NCBI GenBank assembly: GCA_040326155.1
Contig: JBEQLE010000100.1
Span: 1-11,773 of the forward strand
DNA: 11,773 nt
Reading direction: 5' to 3'
Source of the DNA: Leptospirales bacterium
Lineage (GTDB): Bacteria; Spirochaetota; Leptospiria; Turneriellales; JAOUFE01
The translations under genes were made by a program, and so were the position numbers. The notes below the pieces were generated by a model. The model did no database searches. It was not told the origin of the DNA and saw only the letters and a program-made list of their open reading frames with translations. Below are positions 8,414 to 11,773 of this stretch, piece after piece; position 1 is the stretch's first letter, and every line of letters starts with the position of its first letter.

Positions 8414-8883
8414 AAGTATTCATTTCCTTTTTTAGCGTCATAAATATCCATTAACTGCATACGGCTTGAAACAATTCGCTTATTCATAATGCCAGCAAAA
8501 TACCGAAACATCAAAAAGCCAAACTCATGGTCTTGCTCCATTTTTTCACGAACCCTGGCCCCATCAAAAACAACGGCTTCGACCTCGCGAACAGCGCGTC
8601 CGTCAAAAACCCAGGAATGGGGAGGTTGCGACCAGGACCACCCGACCACATGACCCCGGGGAATCGTCTCAAAAGAGACCATCGGGTGACCGGGAACATG
8701 AATTTCCAGCGCAACCTTACCCTGGACAATAAAAAAAAAGCGATTAGCTTCGGCTCCCTCATGAAATAAATACCCATCCGCTGGGTAGTGTGAAGTATGA
8801 GCGCATTTTTCGAGAAATAAATTATACTCTTTAGGAAGAGACTGAAACAAAGGATGTTTTGAAAAAAGATTACGCAACACCAT
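8410..8883 (-). CDS. Stand-alone cyclic-nucleotide-binding (Crp effector-like) domain protein, 157 aa
   Basis: HPLF..L, LFHEG.EA..FFFIVQGKVAL, G.VVGWSW..PP..W.FDGRA. No C-terminal HTH. Start at ATG 8883 with GGAGG (8894-8890) 6 nt upstream, overlapping the end of the beta gene. Confidence 0.9.
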   Translation of the reverse strand: MVLRNLFSKHPLFQSLPKEYNLFLEKCAHTSHYPADGYLFHEGAEANRFFFIVQGKVALEIHVPGHPMVSFETIPRGHVVGWSWSQPPHSWVFDGRAVREVEAVVFDGARVREKMEQDHEFGFLMFRYFAGIMNKRIVSSRMQLMDIYDAKKGNEYL

Positions 8884-9985
8884 TGTCTGCCTCCGCTTTT
8901 GCAAAAACTGGTATCTCTTCTGTAAAATCAATCGCAGCTGGACACCATGTCAGGCAACGCCCGCAACCAGTGCAACCCGAAGTTTTAAACTGTTCTTCCT
9001 GGTGAAGTAATTTGTGCGTAAGCCATTGGCGATATCTCGATTTTACGGAACTTCGTATGTGCCCCCCATGAATATAAGAGTGGCTTAAATTAAAACAGGA
9101 GTCCCAACTACGAACTCGTTCGGAAAATTTTCCATCGATGGACGGAGATTCATTGACAGTCGAACAAAAGCAAGTGGGACAAACCAGAGTACAACTCGTA
9201 CAAGAAAGACATCTTTGCGCAATACTTTCCCAGTTCCCGTGGTCATAACCGGAGGCCAACACTTTTTGAGCCTGTGTCAAATCGAGTTTTCTGGTAATTT
9301 TGTTTGCAGCTTCTTGTACTTTAGCCCTCGCCGAAGCAATCGTATTTTCGCCAGCTTCGCCGAAACCATGCAAATATTGTTGAGAAGCCTGGGAATTGCC
9401 GCGAGCTAGAAAAGAACCGGGTTCCACTTCCGTAAGCGCAATATCAAAATACTCTTTAACCGAAGGACCGCTATCAAACGAAGTACAAAAACAGGTTTCA
9501 GCAGGATGCAAACAATCCGCCGCAATAATAAACAGGTTTTCTCGCCGCTTTTTATAATAGGGGTCTATATATTCATCTTTTAAAAAAATACGATCTTGAA
9601 TTTCAATACCACGCAGGTCACATGCCCGAATTCCAAAAAAAACAGTTTTTTCCGTTTTTTCTTTTCTCGGTTCAATTTCGAAAGAGCCTTCCTCAATTTT
9701 AGTCTTAAATAAAACCTCTTCGGCAGGGCTCAGATACTTTCTCCACGATTGCATCGGTACACTACATTTAAAAAGTGATTTGTCCCCATTCGAAAAAAGT
9801 TCATACTTACCAGGGCTCTGTTTTTCATAATATCCTGTAGGAGGACTTTCCTTCTCCGGAAGCTCGTCTAAAACCATCGCTCCATTTTTATTTTGCGCAG
9901 CTATAATATTATAACCCTGTTTAGATAAATCATCCAAAATCTCTTGGACGTTTTGTAACGTTAATGTATAAAATGGCCCTTCCAT
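8870..9985 (-). CDS. hydB: Group 3b hydrogenase beta subunit (4Fe-4S dicluster, AsrA-like)
   Basis: GIRACD, C....TCFC, CLSCTSCTLVCPTCFC, WDSC, RYRQW..HK, CTGCGRCLTWCP. AGGT upstream of the ATG. Confidence 0.95.
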   Translation of the reverse strand: MEGPFYTLTLQNVQEILDDLSKQGYNIIAAQNKNGAMVLDELPEKESPPTGYYEKQSPGKYELFSNGDKSLFKCSVPMQSWRKYLSPAEEVLFKTKIEEGSFEIEPRKEKTEKTVFFGIRACDLRGIEIQDRIFLKDEYIDPYYKKRRENLFIIAADCLHPAETCFCTSFDSGPSVKEYFDIALTEVEPGSFLARGNSQASQQYLHGFGEAGENTIASARAKVQEAANKITRKLDLTQAQKVLASGYDHGNWESIAQRCLSCTSCTLVCPTCFCSTVNESPSIDGKFSERVRSWDSCFNLSHSYIHGGHIRSSVKSRYRQWLTHKLLHQEEQFKTSGCTGCGRCLTWCPAAIDFTEEIPVFAKAEADNGVA

Positions 9986-10136
9986 AAATTTAATACCTGA
10001 GTCCCAGAATCCCGAAACTTAAGGAACTTTGTATAATACGCAATTACCGTCAAGATGTATTTTGAGAAACTCGTATTTTATATTATCTCCATGTTTCATG
10101 GTTGAAAAAACAGGGCAGACTACCATCGGTGTTTCA

Positions 10137-10279
10137 CACTAACGTAAAGGTATAAGACTATCTTTGTACGTAGTGCGGAATGCTACCGAAATGCTCTCCT
10201 GGATTCTATTTGAAGATACTACTGCACCATATCGACAATGTTTAATATTAGAAGTAGCGACTTTTACGCAACGTTACGT
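10137..10279 (-). other. Putative degenerate attC-like recombination site
   Basis: Minus strand reads ACGTAAC-5 nt-GTAAAAGTC ... GTCTTATAC-6 nt-GTTAGTG: complementary TAAC/GTTA cores, 5/6-nt spacers and 7/9 complementary inner boxes, 143 bp long, just after the stop of a small ORF. The central region pairs poorly and the outer boxes deviate from RYYYAAC/GTTRRRY. Confidence 0.4.
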
Positions 10280-10302
10280 TATGGTTAAATCTAGCTAGAA
10301 TT

Positions 10303-10635
10303 TTAGTCATGTGTATATGCTGATATAACTATTTTATTTTTTAATAAAATTGAAAAACCATCTTTGAAGCCATAGGGTTGATCGACTCTGTAAAAGAGGT
10401 ATTCTTTGGATTGTTTGCCAGGTTTACCGAGCAATTCCTTTACGTCATGAATAGACATTCCGTCTAATTCATTTACCTTTTCTAGATACCTTGCCATTCT
10501 ATATTTCATTCTCAAGTCTGCATTTGACCACTTATTTTGATCAAACGGAATGCTTGAAGAAACAAAACTCGTAAAGAGATAAAATCCCAAAACAATTATT
10601 GCCATGATACCAACGGCTGTAAACAATTTATTCAT
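10303..10635 (-). CDS. Small hypothetical membrane-anchored protein (110 aa), possibly SmpA/BamE-like fold
   Basis: MNK followed by hydrophobic helix LFTAVGIMAIIVLGFYLFTSFV, then FDQNKW..R..MA and GMS..VKELLGKP. ATG 10635 preferred to GTG 10677 because a promoter lies between them. Confidence 0.7.
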   Translation of the reverse strand: MNKLFTAVGIMAIIVLGFYLFTSFVSSSIPFDQNKWSNADLRMKYRMARYLEKVNELDGMSIHDVKELLGKPGKQSKEYLFYRVDQPYGFKDGFSILLKNKIVISAYTHD

Positions 10636-10656
10636 AATTTTTAGATCCAACAATTT

Positions 10657-10685
10657 ATTATATACATACGAAAACACCAGAGCAA
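10657..10685 (-). promoter_or_regulatory. Putative sigma70-type promoter
   Basis: TTGCTC (10685-10680), 17-bp spacer, perfect TATAAT (10662-10657), with an A/T tract just upstream. Predicted start site near 10650. Confidence 0.6.
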
Positions 10686-10734
10686 AAATTTTTCACCCCA
10701 CATTGCATTTTCCCAATCACAGCTAATTGATAAT

Positions 10735-11773
10735 TCAATTTTCAAACAACAGTAACTGAGAACTGTTTGCTTTCAGCTTTTTTTCAGATTTAAACCGGAC
10801 GCCCATGCCGAGTAGTCTTACCGGTAAACGACTTCGTGCAAAACCTTTCTGTAACAGTTCGGCAAAATGTTCGGGGTGTAAAGAGTTAAAGGACCTTTCG
10901 ATCGTTGTACTTTTGAAATCGTTGAATTTAATTTTAACAAAAAGAGTTTTTGCGCCTTCGAGAAGTTTTTCTTTTCCTTTGGCTCTACGCAAAAAAGCTT
11001 CAAAGAGTTCCGGTATACGACCCAGACACTCTTCAATAGATTGCAGATCTTCTCTGAAAGTTCTTTCAATTGACAAAGATTTTCGTTCCGTTGACATTGA
11101 AACTTCTCGATGGTCTATTCCTCTGGACATTTCATAAAGCGAGTGTCCGAAACTTCCAAAGTTTTTCGTAAGTTCTAGCAACGATAATCTTTGCAACTCT
11201 CCACAAGTATGTATATTCAATTTATGTATTTTTTCAGCGGTAACTTTGCCGACTCCCCAGATTTTTTCCACTTTAAGTTTATGTACAAAAACATCGACCA
11301 TATCTGGAGTAACAACAAATTGACCATTCGGCTTGTTCCAATCGCTGGCTACTTTTGCTAAAAATTTGTTAGAGGCAATTCCTGCCGAAGCGGTGAGTTG
11401 GGTCTGCTCAAAAATCCGTTTTCTAATTTCATGCGCTAATATTGAAGCTGACCCTTGAAATAATTTTGAACTAGACACATCAAGATATGCTTCATCCAGA
11501 GAGAGCGGTTCTACGATATCCGTAAATTGATAAAATATGCTTTGTATAATTTTCGATTCCGCAGCGTATTTTGCCATGTCCGGTGTAAGCATTGTTAATT
11601 GTGGGCATTTTCGAAGAGCAACCGCAGTAGCCAGGGCCGAACGAACTCCAAATTTTCGAGCCTCATAATTTGCCGCACAAATTACACCACGACCATCCGA
11701 AGAGCCTCCGACTGCCACCGGCAAGCCCTCCTTCGCCCTGGAGTCCGGCACCTGTTCCGCCCGTACTGCCGCG
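10735..11773 (-). CDS. dinB: DNA polymerase IV (DinB), 5'-incomplete
   Basis: PVAVGG..RGV..ANYEARKFGVRSA, EPLSLDEAYLD, SAGIA.NKFLAK.ASDWNKPNGQ, IWGVGK.T, RKS.S.ERTF, VRLLG.GV, C-terminal clamp motif QLLLF (10744-10758). The N-terminal HxDMDxFYA motif is not in the window. The frame is open to the window edge. Confidence 0.95.
   Translation of the reverse strand, partial: AAVRAEQVPDSRAKEGLPVAVGGSSDGRGVICAANYEARKFGVRSALATAVALRKCPQLTMLTPDMAKYAAESKIIQSIFYQFTDIVEPLSLDEAYLDVSSSKLFQGSASILAHEIRKRIFEQTQLTASAGIASNKFLAKVASDWNKPNGQFVVTPDMVDVFVHKLKVEKIWGVGKVTAEKIHKLNIHTCGELQRLSLLELTKNFGSFGHSLYEMSRGIDHREVSMSTERKSLSIERTFREDLQSIEECLGRIPELFEAFLRRAKGKEKLLEGAKTLFVKIKFNDFKSTTIERSFNSLHPEHFAELLQKGFARSRLPVRLLGMGVRFKSEKKLKANSSQLLLFEN

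Noticed and set aside
8410..8883. Crp/Fnr transcription factor call
   Set aside because: Too short, no helix-turn-helix and no FNR cysteine cluster.
8884..8931. N-terminal extension of the cNMP gene
   Set aside because: Lies inside hydB, and the GGAGG supports ATG 8883.
7559..9985. Anaerobic sulfite reductase asrAB
   Set aside because: Homologous folds, but no asrC and the genes are followed by NiFe small and large subunits.
10026..10053. Minus-strand promoter TTGACG for hydB
   Set aside because: Good -35 but only CAAAGT or AAAGTT at 16-17 bp spacing, too weak to call.
10019..10126. 35-codon minus-strand ORF (MVVCPVFSTMKHGD...) upstream of hydB as a leader peptide or next cassette remnant
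   Set aside because: No RBS or recognisable motif, and the length is compatible with chance.
10089..10139. Short inverted repeats CCATG-N3-CATGG and GTGT-N3-ACAC, and a TCACA half-site, as CRP/FNR operators
   Set aside because: No matching TGTGA or TTGAT half-site at the right spacing, and the repeats are short enough to be chance.
10290..10299. Palindrome TCTAGCTAGA as a terminator
   Set aside because: Only 10 bp, with no loop and no proper U-tract.
75..11137. Short antisense or alternate-frame ORFs in the track (e.g. 357-575, 2538-2894, 6295-6564, 10805-11137)
   Set aside because: All are nested in well-supported genes and have no recognisable motifs, so they are treated as shadow ORFs.
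1..11773. CRISPR array, tRNA, rRNA, riboswitch or selenocysteine recoding
   Set aside because: No repeat-spacer pattern or RNA gene signature was seen, and hydA has ordinary Cys codons with no in-frame TGA.

Overview
Bacterial window with two convergent [NiFe]-hydrogenase gene blocks. The + strand carries a maturation operon hypF'-hypB-hypC-hypD-hypE-hypA. The - strand carries a soluble group 3b (sulfhydrogenase-type, NADP-coupled) hydrogenase operon: beta, stand-alone cNMP-binding protein, gamma, delta, alpha, maturation protease. The two blocks meet tail-to-tail with a 27-bp overlap. Upstream on the - strand are a small membrane-anchored hypothetical gene and a 5'-incomplete dinB. Three things are not explained by the gene calls: (1) hypF is cut off at 91/92 by what looks like an IS21-type terminal inverted repeat; (2) the small hypothetical gene has the layout of a lone, decayed integron cassette (promoter, GTTRRRY, ORF, attC-like site) directly upstream of the hydrogenase operon; (3) the last ~45 nt of dinB are GC-rich and do not read like DinB. 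All family assignments come from motif recognition by eye, with no database searches.
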